A stretch of 62,342 nt of DNA, counting the filler, from Babesia bigemina (lineage: Eukaryota): assembly GCF_000981445.1 (NCBI RefSeq). It is 14 parts of 14 records of this genome, joined end to end, with 100 filler letters (N's around TTAATTAATTAA, not from the genome) between each part and the next. Parts side by side here need not be neighbours in the genome. Positions count along the whole stretch, not along the records: positions 41,851 to 53,943 come from NW_012236940.1; 13 more parts are not named here. The stretch is one strand, 5' to 3'. Position numbers and translations under genes: made by a program. The notes beneath the pieces are model-generated. The model searched no databases, was not told where the DNA came from, and saw nothing but the letters and a program-made list of their open reading frames with translations. Below are positions 43,226 through 54,043 of this stretch, in pieces (the first letter of the stretch is position 1; every line of letters starts with the position of its first letter).

Positions 43226-46200
43226 TTATGGTTGCAGATAAAACACTCTGTTAAGCTTGTTAACACGCGCAGCCGCAAGTAGCGATTGAGCAGCGATGCG
43301 ATGACTCGAGGGACTATGTAGATGCGATTTGATGTGTAGCAGGTCGAGGCGGATGACCATGATGTGGATGAGGTAGAGGACAGAGAGGAGCCAGAGGGCG
43401 ACGTTGAGCCAGATGAAGGGGGCGCGGATTTTGAACAGCAGTTCGTCACACTGCTTGAACAACGCGACGAAGTATTTGGAGTCCATAACTCTCTTCAACA
43501 GTACGCCAAATTTCGTACATGTTCTTGCGTTAGTTTTTTCATTTAACGCAGCCGCATCACCGAATGCGAATCCACATTTGTAAAGCGTGGCTGAAACACC
43601 TTTGCATGATACCAGAGAGTTACACTGACAAGGGTTGTCAAAACTGCCATGGTGGCCCGGCCTGCATCCATCTCCACGCTGGCATCTACGGCATCCCCAG
43701 TCCCTGCAGAAAATCTGTTGATATTCTGTAAACAGCGATTTAAGGTAATCGTGAAACGTCCACGGGAGGTATGTCGCCCATGACAGGTAGAGACCAGCGT
43801 GTTTGGGAGCAAGCAATGAATATGAGTCACCGCTCAAGGATTGAAGGTACGGGCCACATGGATGACTTGTACATGACTGCGTCATCGAGAGACTGCGCAA
43901 GTCGGCCGATATAGGATTATGATTACGATCTTCATGCGCGTCCCGGGTGCTGCCGTACGCATCACGCAGGGCATCGGTGAAGTCACTGCGTTGGTCATGT
44001 AGGTTTATCGTGGCCTTAGCGATGGATGCTGAAAATGCATCTTGTATTACATGTGTCTTTGAATTCGACACACCACTATGCCAGCCATTAGTAAGAGATA
44101 GCGCGAAGCTGAGATGCTCCGGTAGATTGGACGGCGGCTTGGGAAACAAGCAGGACAACGATGAAGTCAGCTTGTTACCTAGCAATTTGGTCAGCACTTC
44201 ACATAGCTCTTTGCCCATCCGTGTACTTCCGGAGTAGCCTCTAAATCCGAGAGGGGTGATACAGGGCATTCCGGGCAGGCCCTTGGGACAGTTGCTGCAT
44301 ACCGATTTGCAGCCGATTGATGTAACGTGGTGAGGTAGGTGGCCGGGTAACGTATCACTAAGGTACGACATAAGTGGCGATGTGGGCCTGCAAATCGATC
44401 CCTCGTTGGCGTGCTCCTTGCAGGGTTGCCTAGATGACATGATATCCCTGCCGTACTGACATTCGCGCCAACCGGAACATTGCGAATCTAGGCTGCACTG
44501 CTGCAACAAATACTTAAGCGGAGGGATAACTCTACGGGTGACCTCGAGCAACATCTGTAGGCAATCGTCTCCCGCGCTAGGGTAATACAAATTTGCGGTG
44601 TTGGTGCAGAAGTCAATGCCGTACGTCGCAAACGCGTCTCCGTGACCGACAACTTTGCAGAGGATATCGTACGATGCGGAACACGTGTCAACCACCGCTT
44701 GTCGTAAAGCGTCATAAGTTATGTTCGCTGGGTAAGCTTCTATGGATGCGACGCTGATATCCGTTGCGGAGGGGCCGTCGCCGGCATTCGCTTTTTTAGG
44801 GTCAACGAATAAGTCAGTGAGAGTCACATCAAGCATAGTTGGGTACACGGCATTATACGTGAGTCCGGAGCACCATACAAGCATTTCGTATACATTACAG
44901 GGTTGTCGTGGTTTGCGGCGAATTGGGATGTGGCACACTTCACTGTACTTCTCGACATGATGCAGAAGGCAACTAAGGAGGTCAAATAGATTGAAGTGAT
45001 CGGGCTTCTTGCTCTCATTCGATTCACACTTACTGAGATGTTTGATTAACGCTGGCTCCGCAACCCCCTGGTCTAGAAGCCTCTCGTAGACGGATTTACC
45101 GGTGAAGTGGTACGACGGGTATTTCAGCTCGCCAGTCTTTGAATCTTCATTTTTGGCCACCTGGAATCCGCAGCGCTTGAAGAATTTACCAAGCGGATTT
45201 TCTTCGCGTTTCTCATTTTCGTACAGCCTCTGGTCACTCCAGCGACCACCGGTGATACACTCTTTACGCAGTCGATCAATGTCCTCTTGCAGCGTGAAGA
45301 TGATGGTGAACAGCAGTTTGGCGCAGTTTCGTTGCTCAGTGGCATCGGTCCAATCCAAGACTCTGCCGGAGTACCGATTAATGTACGCCTTGTCGAGCTC
45401 GGTGAGCAGCGCACGGATGCCCTCTTTGAGACACTGTGACAGCGCAGTCGTGGGTTCGCCGAATGTCGATGGGTTGAAAGTTTTGAATGTATTCTTCAGT
45501 TCATGCAGGTTTTCTTCGAACTTATAGTTGAAGTGCTTCGATGCGTTGAGGCCGTCCAGTAATTTGGTAAGAGCGTCATGTGACGGTTTGATCTTCCTAA
45601 AGTCGGATGTGAAATCTGTCTGCGTTTTAACTTCGCGGACAAATGTTCTGTATGCATCAATGAACATATTTGCAGCTCGGCTGACAGGCGATAGTGTGCC
45701 TGGAGAGGATGTTTTGGGAATGTTCGCAATGTCCTCGAGCCGATTGTTATACTTGACGAAATGCGATTCCATCTTTGTCATAAAACCTTTCATACCAATA
45801 ATCAAATCCTTATCAATGGGTTCAAGTAGAGATTGGAATTCCTTCTTCACCCTTTCGGCAAACGATGTGAACAACTCTTTGATAGCGCAAACATACTGCT
45901 TGCGGGCAAATGTGGTGAGTGTAGTTTCGGCGTTTTTGATGTCCCCGTGTACCTCTTCTTTGAGCGCTTTGGCGACGTCTGTTTCGGCTTTTGTGAGGAA
46001 TGCAACTAAATCTTTAGTTTTCGCAATAGGGCCAGTATGCAGTTCATTTTGCAGGTCGCTGAGGTCCTGCTTGATTTTGTTGATGCTGTTTTTCGCGGCG
46101 TGAGGTCCTTCACTCAACTCCGCAAAATACACTTTTTTCAATTCATTAAGTTTGCTCTGTAGACCATCCCGATAGCTTCCGGGCCCCGCTAATTTAATAA

Positions 46201-48871
46201 TCTCATTGCACAGTTGGTTGAGTTTGGTGGTAACTTCAGTGACTTTTTCCGTAGCTTTAGTATTGAAGTCGTCGATGGATGACAAGTTGGCTGTCGTTTG
46301 CGTTTTCATATCTTCTATCGCGTCGTCTAAATGATCCTTTCTGCACTTTCCTCGGCTGCCTCTGCTGAAAGAATTCGTAAAGTGCGCAAGGGACACACTA
46401 CCGCGGTTATCCAAAGGCAACTGTTCTTCTAAAATTCCCGTCATGGCTTCGACCGCTTCGTCGACTTCTTCGGCATAGTTGGGTCCGTTATTGGGTAGGC
46501 CGCTATTATTTCTCCCAATCGCCATATTGATATTTCTATGTAGGTCACTTGCCGCAGCGAACTCACTGCCCACGTTAGCGAAATGGCATTCGTCAATAAG
46601 CTTACCAATTTTTTGAGCAGCGCCTTGTGCACGGCCGATGAGCTGGTGGAGGATGCTGTTAACAGCGTTCTGAAGATCTTCTTGTTCATGGCTTACTCCG
46701 ACAGATGAGTGCTGAAGTTCGTCATCATTTCCATACTCTTTTTCTATATCACGTATTATTGATGTTACTTCAATAGTTTTGAATCTTATAGCGTTTGTCA
46801 GCTGTGTTGCTAAAGAAGAAAGAAAGTTCTTAATGCTATTTAAATTAACACTGACCTCACGGGAATTGGAATGGTTGAGCGTATCAATTCCGGCAATAAC
46901 AGATTTGAGCCTCACGTCAAGAACTTTTCTAACATGCCTTTTGACATTTACTTTTACGGTAGTTTGTCCATGAGCGCGAAAATAAGAACCAATGTTAGTT
47001 TGAGCATACTGTGTTAGAGCCGCATCTACAATTCCCTGGGATTCCAAAATGTCATTCATCCATTCCTTCAAAACCAATTCTTCGAACGTCTTATTTGTAA
47101 ATTTCGTTGCATACTCCTGCAATGCAGTGACGATCCATTGCAGTCCATTACCAGCGCCTTCTTCTCCTTTGATATCTTTAATTTGTGCTTCAATTGCTTC
47201 GATAACCTTTGCGATTTTCTTATCTCCTGCTTGTATTTCGCTGTCTAATCTCCCTTCTTTAACAATATTGCACAGCTTTCCTATCTCATTCTTGACTGCA
47301 GTGACTTTAGCCTTAATCGCTTCCCTCACCGTAACCAAATCATCCTTTAGCCCAGTCTCCAACTTAGTAATTTTGTCCTTTGCAATATCCACCCAACCGG
47401 AGATATGTTCTGTAACCGCCTTTCCAGCATTGTAAAGCCCTCCAGCATATATGTTAATAAAATTTGTTACTTCTTCAATTTTCTTAGGGAATTTATTTGG
47501 GTCATCCCACTTAACCTCCTTCAATACCTCATCAACTTTCTTCAACGATTCCTTGATAACATTATCGGCCTTGGCAATCCAATTCTGCAACGTGTCAATG
47601 TGCTGTAGCAGCTCACTGTTTATTTTGGTAAGTTCATTCAATATGACGTTAACCATCTCCTTGACCCGTCTAACAAACGCCTGAATCTGCGCATCAATTT
47701 TGCAATCTACGTCCGACGTCAACGTACTAAGTGTAGCGCTTATTTTCTTTTTTGTCTCCTCAAGCGCCTTACTCTCCTTATCCGCCACCTGCTCTAGCCG
47801 CTTAATCTCATGGGCCACGTTACTGACGCCGTGTTTCACTCTAAGCTGCAACGAGGAATTTAAGTAGTGAATTGCAATTTTCATGTCTGTTTTTTCAATT
47901 TTAGTAGTGAAATTATATGCGTTATTAAACGTGTTATTGAATGTTTTTATCTCGTCTCGAAACATGTTCTTAATCTGCTTCTCCGCCGCCTTGACTTGTT
48001 CGACATTCTCATAATCTGTTTCCTGCGACAGTATATTTTGTACCTTGTCTTTAAATGCATCACCCACCTGATTTAACAAGTCTTCAATGGGCTTCTTAAC
48101 TTTCTCATTGGACTCTCTCACTTCTATGTTGTACCTCTCGATCCCCTGAGTCAGAATGGGAAGAAGCTTAGTGAAACCATCGTGACCTGAGCAAAGATGT
48201 TTCTTTATTTCATTACTTACCGAATTTAATGTGTTTTTACCGGCATTGTATGTCTGAGTGTTTTTCACCGCACCAAGCACACCACTCAAAAATCCCATCA
48301 CCCCGTCACCAAGCCTATCAAGGTCAGAGTACACAATGCCCTGGCCAGTGTAGCCTTTGGAAGTCTTATCGTAACCAAGAAAGGTCTCAAGACCGTCACA
48401 TAAATTAACAAGGATATTTTCATTATTAGTTTTAGCAAGTGATTCAGTGAATTTCTTAAGCTTATTAGTAAGATCTTCAAGTTGTTTCTCACGCTCAGTA
48501 ATTTCATCATACGCTTTTTTCTGGGAATCGGAACGCTTAGATTCATGTGATTCAACACATTTTTGTTTAGCATCTTTAAAATGTTTAGAAGAAAAACCAT
48601 TTGAATTTTCTCCAGATTTTCCAGGTTTTTCAAGTTCATCAATTTTCCTCTGGTAGTACTGGCAAGTGGACTCATTTCCCTTGTATTTAACAGGGCATTC
48701 AAGTTTATTTTTTTCGGCTTGGAGGGACTTAGTAGCCTTCTCAATAGCCTCCTCAATCAACTTTTTCAAAGCTTGAGACAACTTGGTAAGACCATCACTG
48801 CCACCATTCCCATGCCTAACCTGGATCAACCAGTCTATGGACTCAGTCAGAAGGTAAGGGAAGGGTGACAA
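43226..48871 (-). CDS. ves1: Long VESA1-family gene (1881 codons, tail type A); first in-frame ATG at 48298
   Basis: Begins at the VESA1 N-terminal motif ESIDWLIQV, contains the conserved blocks and TM, and ends NRVFYLQP. Confidence 0.9.
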   Translation of the reverse strand: MSPFPYLLTESIDWLIQVRHGNGGSDGLTKLSQALKKLIEEAIEKATKSLQAEKNKLECPVKYKGNESTCQYYQRKIDELEKPGKSGENSNGFSSKHFKDAKQKCVESHESKRSDSQKKAYDEITEREKQLEDLTNKLKKFTESLAKTNNENILVNLCDGLETFLGYDKTSKGYTGQGIVYSDLDRLGDGVMGFLSGVLGAVKNTQTYNAGKNTLNSVSNEIKKHLCSGHDGFTKLLPILTQGIERYNIEVRESNEKVKKPIEDLLNQVGDAFKDKVQNILSQETDYENVEQVKAAEKQIKNMFRDEIKTFNNTFNNAYNFTTKIEKTDMKIAIHYLNSSLQLRVKHGVSNVAHEIKRLEQVADKESKALEETKKKISATLSTLTSDVDCKIDAQIQAFVRRVKEMVNVILNELTKINSELLQHIDTLQNWIAKADNVIKESLKKVDEVLKEVKWDDPNKFPKKIEEVTNFINIYAGGLYNAGKAVTEHISGWVDIAKDKITKLETGLKDDLVTVREAIKAKVTAVKNEIGKLCNIVKEGRLDSEIQAGDKKIAKVIEAIEAQIKDIKGEEGAGNGLQWIVTALQEYATKFTNKTFEELVLKEWMNDILESQGIVDAALTQYAQTNIGSYFRAHGQTTVKVNVKRHVRKVLDVRLKSVIAGIDTLNHSNSREVSVNLNSIKNFLSSLATQLTNAIRFKTIEVTSIIRDIEKEYGNDDELQHSSVGVSHEQEDLQNAVNSILHQLIGRAQGAAQKIGKLIDECHFANVGSEFAAASDLHRNINMAIGRNNSGLPNNGPNYAEEVDEAVEAMTGILEEQLPLDNRGSVSLAHFTNSFSRGSRGKCRKDHLDDAIEDMKTQTTANLSSIDDFNTKATEKVTEVTTKLNQLCNEIIKLAGPGSYRDGLQSKLNELKKVYFAELSEGPHAAKNSINKIKQDLSDLQNELHTGPIAKTKDLVAFLTKAETDVAKALKEEVHGDIKNAETTLTTFARKQYVCAIKELFTSFAERVKKEFQSLLEPIDKDLIIGMKGFMTKMESHFVKYNNRLEDIANIPKTSSPGTLSPVSRAANMFIDAYRTFVREVKTQTDFTSDFRKIKPSHDALTKLLDGLNASKHFNYKFEENLHELKNTFKTFNPSTFGEPTTALSQCLKEGIRALLTELDKAYINRYSGRVLDWTDATEQRNCAKLLFTIIFTLQEDIDRLRKECITGGRWSDQRLYENEKREENPLGKFFKRCGFQVAKNEDSKTGELKYPSYHFTGKSVYERLLDQGVAEPALIKHLSKCESNESKKPDHFNLFDLLSCLLHHVEKYSEVCHIPIRRKPRQPCNVYEMLVWCSGLTYNAVYPTMLDVTLTDLFVDPKKANAGDGPSATDISVASIEAYPANITYDALRQAVVDTCSASYDILCKVVGHGDAFATYGIDFCTNTANLYYPSAGDDCLQMLLEVTRRVIPPLKYLLQQCSLDSQCSGWRECQYGRDIMSSRQPCKEHANEGSICRPTSPLMSYLSDTLPGHLPHHVTSIGCKSVCSNCPKGLPGMPCITPLGFRGYSGSTRMGKELCEVLTKLLGNKLTSSLSCLFPKPPSNLPEHLSFALSLTNGWHSGVSNSKTHVIQDAFSASIAKATINLHDQRSDFTDALRDAYGSTRDAHEDRNHNPISADLRSLSMTQSCTSHPCGPYLQSLSGDSYSLLAPKHAGLYLSWATYLPWTFHDYLKSLFTEYQQIFCRDWGCRRCQRGDGCRPGHHGSFDNPCQCNSLVSCKGVSATLYKCGFAFGDAAALNEKTNARTCTKFGVLLKRVMDSKYFVALFKQCDELLFKIRAPFIWLNVALWLLSVLYLIHIMVIRLDLLHIKSHLHSPSSHRIAAQSLLAAARVNKLNRVFYLQP

Positions 48872-48931
48872 GGCACAAGTTATTATTGTGGTTTAAAGAG
48901 GTCATAGCGGTAATATGGCGAGGTAATTGGA

Positions 48932-50155
48932 GGGATGTAGAGTGGGTAAAGGGGCGATGTAGAGTAAGTTAGGGAGCGATGTAGAGTGGGTAAAGGAGCG
49001 ATGTAGAGTGGGTTAAGGGGCGATGTGGAGTGGATAAAGGGGCGATGTGGAGTGGGTTAGGGAGCGATGTAGAGTGGGTTAGAGAGCGATGTAGAGTGGA
49101 TAAAGGGGCGATGTAGAGTGGATAAGCGGCGATGTAGAGTGGATAAAGGGGCGATGTAGAGTGCGTTAAGGGGCGATGTGGAGTGGGTAAAGGAGCGATG
49201 TAGAGTGGGTAAAGGGGCGATGTAGAGTGGATAAAGGGGCGATGTAGAGTGGGTAGAGGAGCGATGTAGAGTGGGTTAAGGAGCGATGTGGAGTGGGTAA
49301 GGGGCGATGTAGAGTGGGTAAAGGAGCGATGTAGAGTGGGTTAAGGAGCGATGTGGAGTGGGTAAGGGGCGATGTAGAGTGGGTTAGGGAGCGATGTGGA
49401 GTGGATTAAGGGGCGATGTAGAGTGGATTAGGGAGCGATGTAGAGTGGGTTAAGGGGCGATGTGGAGCGGGTTAAGGAGCGATGCAGAGTGGGTTAAGGG
49501 GCGATGTAGAGTGGATAAAGGGGCGATGTGGAGTGGGTTAAGGGGCGATGTAGAGTGTATAAGGAGCGATGTAGAGTGGATAATAATCACCACTTAGGTC
49601 ATGTCATCGCTGCCGTGACCATGTCGTCGCTGCCGTGACCATGTCGTCGCTGCCGTGACCATGTCATCGCTGCCGTGACCGTGTCATCGCTGCCGTGTCC
49701 ATGTCATCGCTGCCGTGACCATGTCATCGCTGCCGTGACCATGTCATCGCTGCCGTAACCATGTCATCGCTGCCGTGTCCATGACATCACTGCCGTGTCC
49801 ATGTCATCGCTGCCGTGACCATGTCATCGCTGCCGTGACCATCAACTTGTTTAGCACTTTGGTCATGTCATTGGTCAGCACTTTGGTCATGGCATTGGTC
49901 AGCACATTGGTCGTGGCTTTGGTCATCACTTTGGTCAACACGTTGGTCAGCACCTTGGTCAGCACCTTGGTCGTGGCATTGGTCAGCACCTTGGTCAGGT
50001 GCTTGGTCACCACTTTGATCATGGCATTGGTCAACACTTTGGTCATGGCATTGGTCATGGCATTGGTCACCACCTTGGTCAACACATTGATCAGCACTTT
50101 GGTCATGGCATTGGTCAGCACCTTGGTCAGCACATTGGTCATGACATTGGTCAGG
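48932..50155. repeat. Composite array: 23-bp (48932-49582), 20-bp (49600-49842), 12-bp (49848-50155)
   Basis: Direct inspection. Confidence 0.95.
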
Positions 50156-50249
50156 TGGTAGGTCACCTCACTGCTGATGTGATTAGTCATAAACGCACGC
50201 ATTATATTGTCTAGACATTAGATGTCAGTTGGCAGTTAAGTTATTCTGC

Positions 50250-50375
50250 TTAGCTGCGCAGTAGATACCGCACCCTGTGGAACGGCCGGATGCGGAAGTA
50301 GATCATGGCGCAGATGACGAGGATGATGACGGCGACGGCGGCGATGATGTAAGGGAAGGACGTTGGGGGAAGATG
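50250..50375 (-). pseudogene. Orphan TM-tail cassette (PYIIAAVAVIILVICAMIYFRIRPFHRVRYLLRS*)
   Basis: Matches the tail of copies 1, 2 and 4, lies downstream of copy 3, and starts after the TGA in GAGGTGAC. Confidence 0.85.
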
Positions 50376-50501
50376 TCACCTCACTGCTCATGTGCTTGAT
50401 CATAAACGCGCTCATTACTGTCTATAACATTAGATGTTAGTTGGCAGTTAGGAGATCAGTGGGATTTGGATTACGATGTTTGCGCTAACAAATTGCTGCG
50501 A

Positions 50502-51074
50502 TCAGCTGTAAAACGCGATGCAGAAGGGTATCTTGCGTACGAGGAAATCGCGGATGTTGCGGCCCACCGGGAAGCGGAAGATGCACAGGTCGAGCAGGAT
50601 GATGGCGACAATGATGGCAACGATGACGGCGGCGATGGCTTGGGGGTCAGGGGAAAAAGGTGTGGAGTCTTCTTCAGTAGGGTCTTCGATGGAATCTTCA
50701 TTACCGCTGGTACGACGTAGTGCACTGTTCTCGGACAGATCACCGGAGGAATCAGGGGGAGGCGGTGGAGGTGGAGGCTGTGGAACGGGGGCACTGCACT
50801 CGTCAGGCCGCTCTCTACATTTCCGTTGACAACAGTCACATTTACATTGTAACTCGTTGCCTGCACATTTGGTTATACAATCGAAGGTTTTGCAATTGTA
50901 ACTTGGATCCTTGTTATTTTGCCGCTTCCAGGTATATGCAAAACACTCATAACAACGGGATAAACTATCCGTATTACATTCTTTGCAACACCAGGGACAG
51001 CAGTTACAAACCTGCATATATTTACACTTTTTGTTACACCTAGTGCATGGTTTCCCTGGCCAATAATGAGTCAT
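50502..51074 (-). CDS. Small Cys-rich single-TM protein, copy 3 (190 aa, 18+2 Cys, alternative tail FRFPVGRNIRDFLVRKIPFCIAFYS)
   Basis: Same scaffold and GGGAAG-ATG context; Pro-rich linker. Confidence 0.85.
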   Translation of the reverse strand: MTHYWPGKPCTRCNKKCKYMQVCNCCPWCCKECNTDSLSRCYECFAYTWKRQNNKDPSYNCKTFDCITKCAGNELQCKCDCCQRKCRERPDECSAPVPQPPPPPPPPDSSGDLSENSALRRTSGNEDSIEDPTEEDSTPFSPDPQAIAAVIVAIIVAIILLDLCIFRFPVGRNIRDFLVRKIPFCIAFYS

Positions 51075-51079
51075 CTTCC

Positions 51080-51750
51080 CGCTCTGCTCCCAGTCCCCTC
51101 AACCTGCAAACATATCAGTCACCTAAGCACAACTCACCTACAAAAACACGTACCACTGCCGCTCCCAGTCCCCTCACCCTGCGAACATATCAATCACCTA
51201 GCAACGCACTCACCGACTGCAACACGTACCACTGCCGCTCCCAGTCCCCTCAACCTGCAAACATATCAGTCACCTATGCAAGCACTCACAAACTGCAACA
51301 CGTACACTGCCGCTCCCAGTCCCCTCAGCCTGCAGACATATCAATCACTCAAGCAACGCACTCACCAACTGCAACACGTACCACTGCCGCGCCCAGTCCC
51401 CTCAACCTGCGAACATGTCAATCACTCAAGCAGCACTCACCAACTGCAACACTACCACTGCCGCTCCCAGTCCCCTCAGCCTGCAAACATATCAATCACT
51501 CAAGCTGCACTCACCAACTGCAACACTACCACTGCCGCTCCCAGTCCCCTCAACCTGCAAACATATCAATCACCTAGCAACGCACTCACCAACTGCAACA
51601 CGTACCACTGCCACTCCCAGTCCCCTCAACCTGCGAACATATCAATCACTCATGCAACGCACTCACCAACTGCAACACGTACCACTGCCGCTACCAGTCC
51701 CCTCAGCCTGCAAACATATCAATAACCTAAGCAGCACTCACCAACTGCAA
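51080..51750 (-). repeat. 75/76-bp intron/micro-exon-like repeat (~9 units)
   Basis: Reverse complement of the 17340 unit. Confidence 0.9.
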
Positions 51751-51764
51751 CATGACTTACTTAA

Positions 51765-52240
51765 CCCTCACCCCTGTGTCCCCCCAGCCCAGGCCACCGA
51801 CACCCACGCTGCCCGGGATACCACAGCTGCCCTGACGCGACGCATGTGATCAGCACCAACTGTCACTCTAAATTATTAAATATTCGCAAAGCCATTAAAA
51901 TTGCAGCGACCCGTGCGCTCAACTCCCACAGTGCAGCAGCACCGTGCTACGAGCTGCGGTATCGGCGCTATGCTGGCTGAGTGTGTCGGCTACGTGCCTA
52001 AATGTGATATTAACGATCGCTACATCGCTGCCTATAAATGCTACTTAACCAGGCCAACGCGGATTACGCCACCCTGCCAGTGACTCGCAACACACGACTT
52101 AGGACACCCGCCGCGGCCCTCACGACCGCCTACGTTAGCGACCAATCACCCAGCCTCACGTGACACTGACTCAATGGGCAACGCGGACACCTCTCACAGT
52201 CAACGCACAGCTCAACGCAACAACCAAATAACGGTTCATT
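51765..52240 (-). promoter_or_regulatory. Conserved ~500-bp element, copy 3
   Basis: High similarity to the other copies. Confidence 0.6.
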
Positions 52241-52242
52241 TG

Positions 52243-52408
52243 CCAGCTTACCACTTTGCCTGGTTGCCAGCTTACCACCTTGCCTGGTTGCCAGCTTAGC
52301 ACTTTGCCTGGTTGCTAGCTTAGCACTTAGCCTGGTTGCTAGGTTAGCACTTTACCTGGGTGCCAGCTTAGCACTTAGCCTGGTTGCTAGGTTAGCACGT
52401 TGCTTGGT
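52243..52408 (-). repeat. 24-bp tandem repeat
   Basis: Direct inspection. Confidence 0.93.
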
Positions 52409-52549
52409 CGTTCAGTCATAACCTACGTTAGGTGTGATTTAGTTCACAGGTTGCCGCTAGAGTAATTCGAGACATTAAACTACGTTTGTTATTTAGGCGA
52501 GTAGGTGAGATATTACGTGAGTTGATGTGAATTACAAACGTGAATACAA

Positions 52550-53943
52550 TTACGGTTGTAGATACGATATCTTGGCAAGCCTTCCGACTTGCGCTGCCGC
52601 CAACAATGATTGAGCAGTTATCCTGTGCGATGACGGTATCCTCAGGTGTGACCTGATGTGGAGCACATCCAGCCTGCCAACCATTACGCAGATGAGGTAG
52701 AAGAGGGATAGTGACCAGAGCGCCACGGTCATCCACAGGAACGGTGAGCGGATGGTGAACATGAAATTATCAATGGCTTTGAATAACTGCACAAGATGTG
52801 AGTCCTTCTCAAATGACTCCGCGAATACTGTACAGAAATCTCTGCACGTGCGTTTTTTCTCAATGCCTGCACTTCCGTTCAGCCTCTCTGGATCGCCGAG
52901 AACGAAGCCGTACTTCGCCAATGTCGGCAGCGTGGAATTGCACTTTACAATGGATTTGCATTTGGGATCGTGATATCGTGGTGGATCATGTTTGGATGTA
53001 GTTCTACAATCTTTGATGCACGCCTTTTCATGGCAATTCGATCCCCTGGAACCGCATTTGGAATTGCACTCATCATACAGTTTCTTCAGCAGATCGTAGA
53101 ACGATGCCGTCAGATAGACAATCCAGGACAGATACTTATCGGCGTGTTCTGACGAGAACGTCTCGTAGATGGTGTGACTGATGGGACGCAGATAAGGACC
53201 GCATACGATGGCTTCCCTTGATAAGCATACGAGACTGCCCAGGCTACCATCGGAGTGGCCCTTCTTCAATGCCGAGTGACTAGGGGTAAATAAGTGGTAG
53301 ACGTTCAGCTCATTATACTGACGTCCGAAATTAGCTGCTTTAACTTTCTCCTCAAATGCCTCTTTCTTGTGTTTGTTACCGTGCATACCCCAGCGATCGG
53401 TGAGGTGATGGTAGAAGCTGAACATGTCCGCCAGCGTTTTCGGCGCACTAGGCAAAAGGCAGTTGAGGTAACTGCACAGCCTTGTGAGAGGGGAGTTAGG
53501 ACGGCCACAGAAATCGTAAAGCACCTCGCATATATTCCGGCCTATCATCGTATGCGACGCGATGGCACTGATGTCAGCGAAGCCCATCGGAGTTCTGCAC
53601 GGCATACCAGGTGAATTACCACACGTGCTACATGACAGACTCGATCCCCTAGCTATCACCGAATGCGGCAGGTGGCCCTTCAAACCGTCCTCCAAGAACG
53701 ATTGCAGTGGCGACGTGACGCCGCAGTTGGGATATTGCCCACCCGTTTGGTTGCCACTTTGGTCGTGCCTTTGGTCGCAGTCTTGCTTAGGGCATTGCTT
53801 CGTGTTGCACTGCCAGCCGGACCCACCGATGTACCTGCCGTAGTGGCACTCCCTCCAGCCGCTGAGCTGAGTTGTAAGTTGACACTGCTGCATCAGGAAG
53901 TACAGCTGGTGGTAGAGGCGCTTGAGCAGGTCGAACAACGTCA
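52550..53943 (-). CDS. ves1: VESA1-family gene, C-terminal part (tail type B), cut by contig end
   Basis: Closely similar to the C-terminal ~460 aa of 34980-40349. Confidence 0.88.
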
Positions 53944-54043
53944 NNNNNNNNNNNNNNNNNNNNNNNNNNNNNNNNNNNNNNNNNNNNTTAATTAATTAAN
54001 NNNNNNNNNNNNNNNNNNNNNNNNNNNNNNNNNNNNNNNNNNN

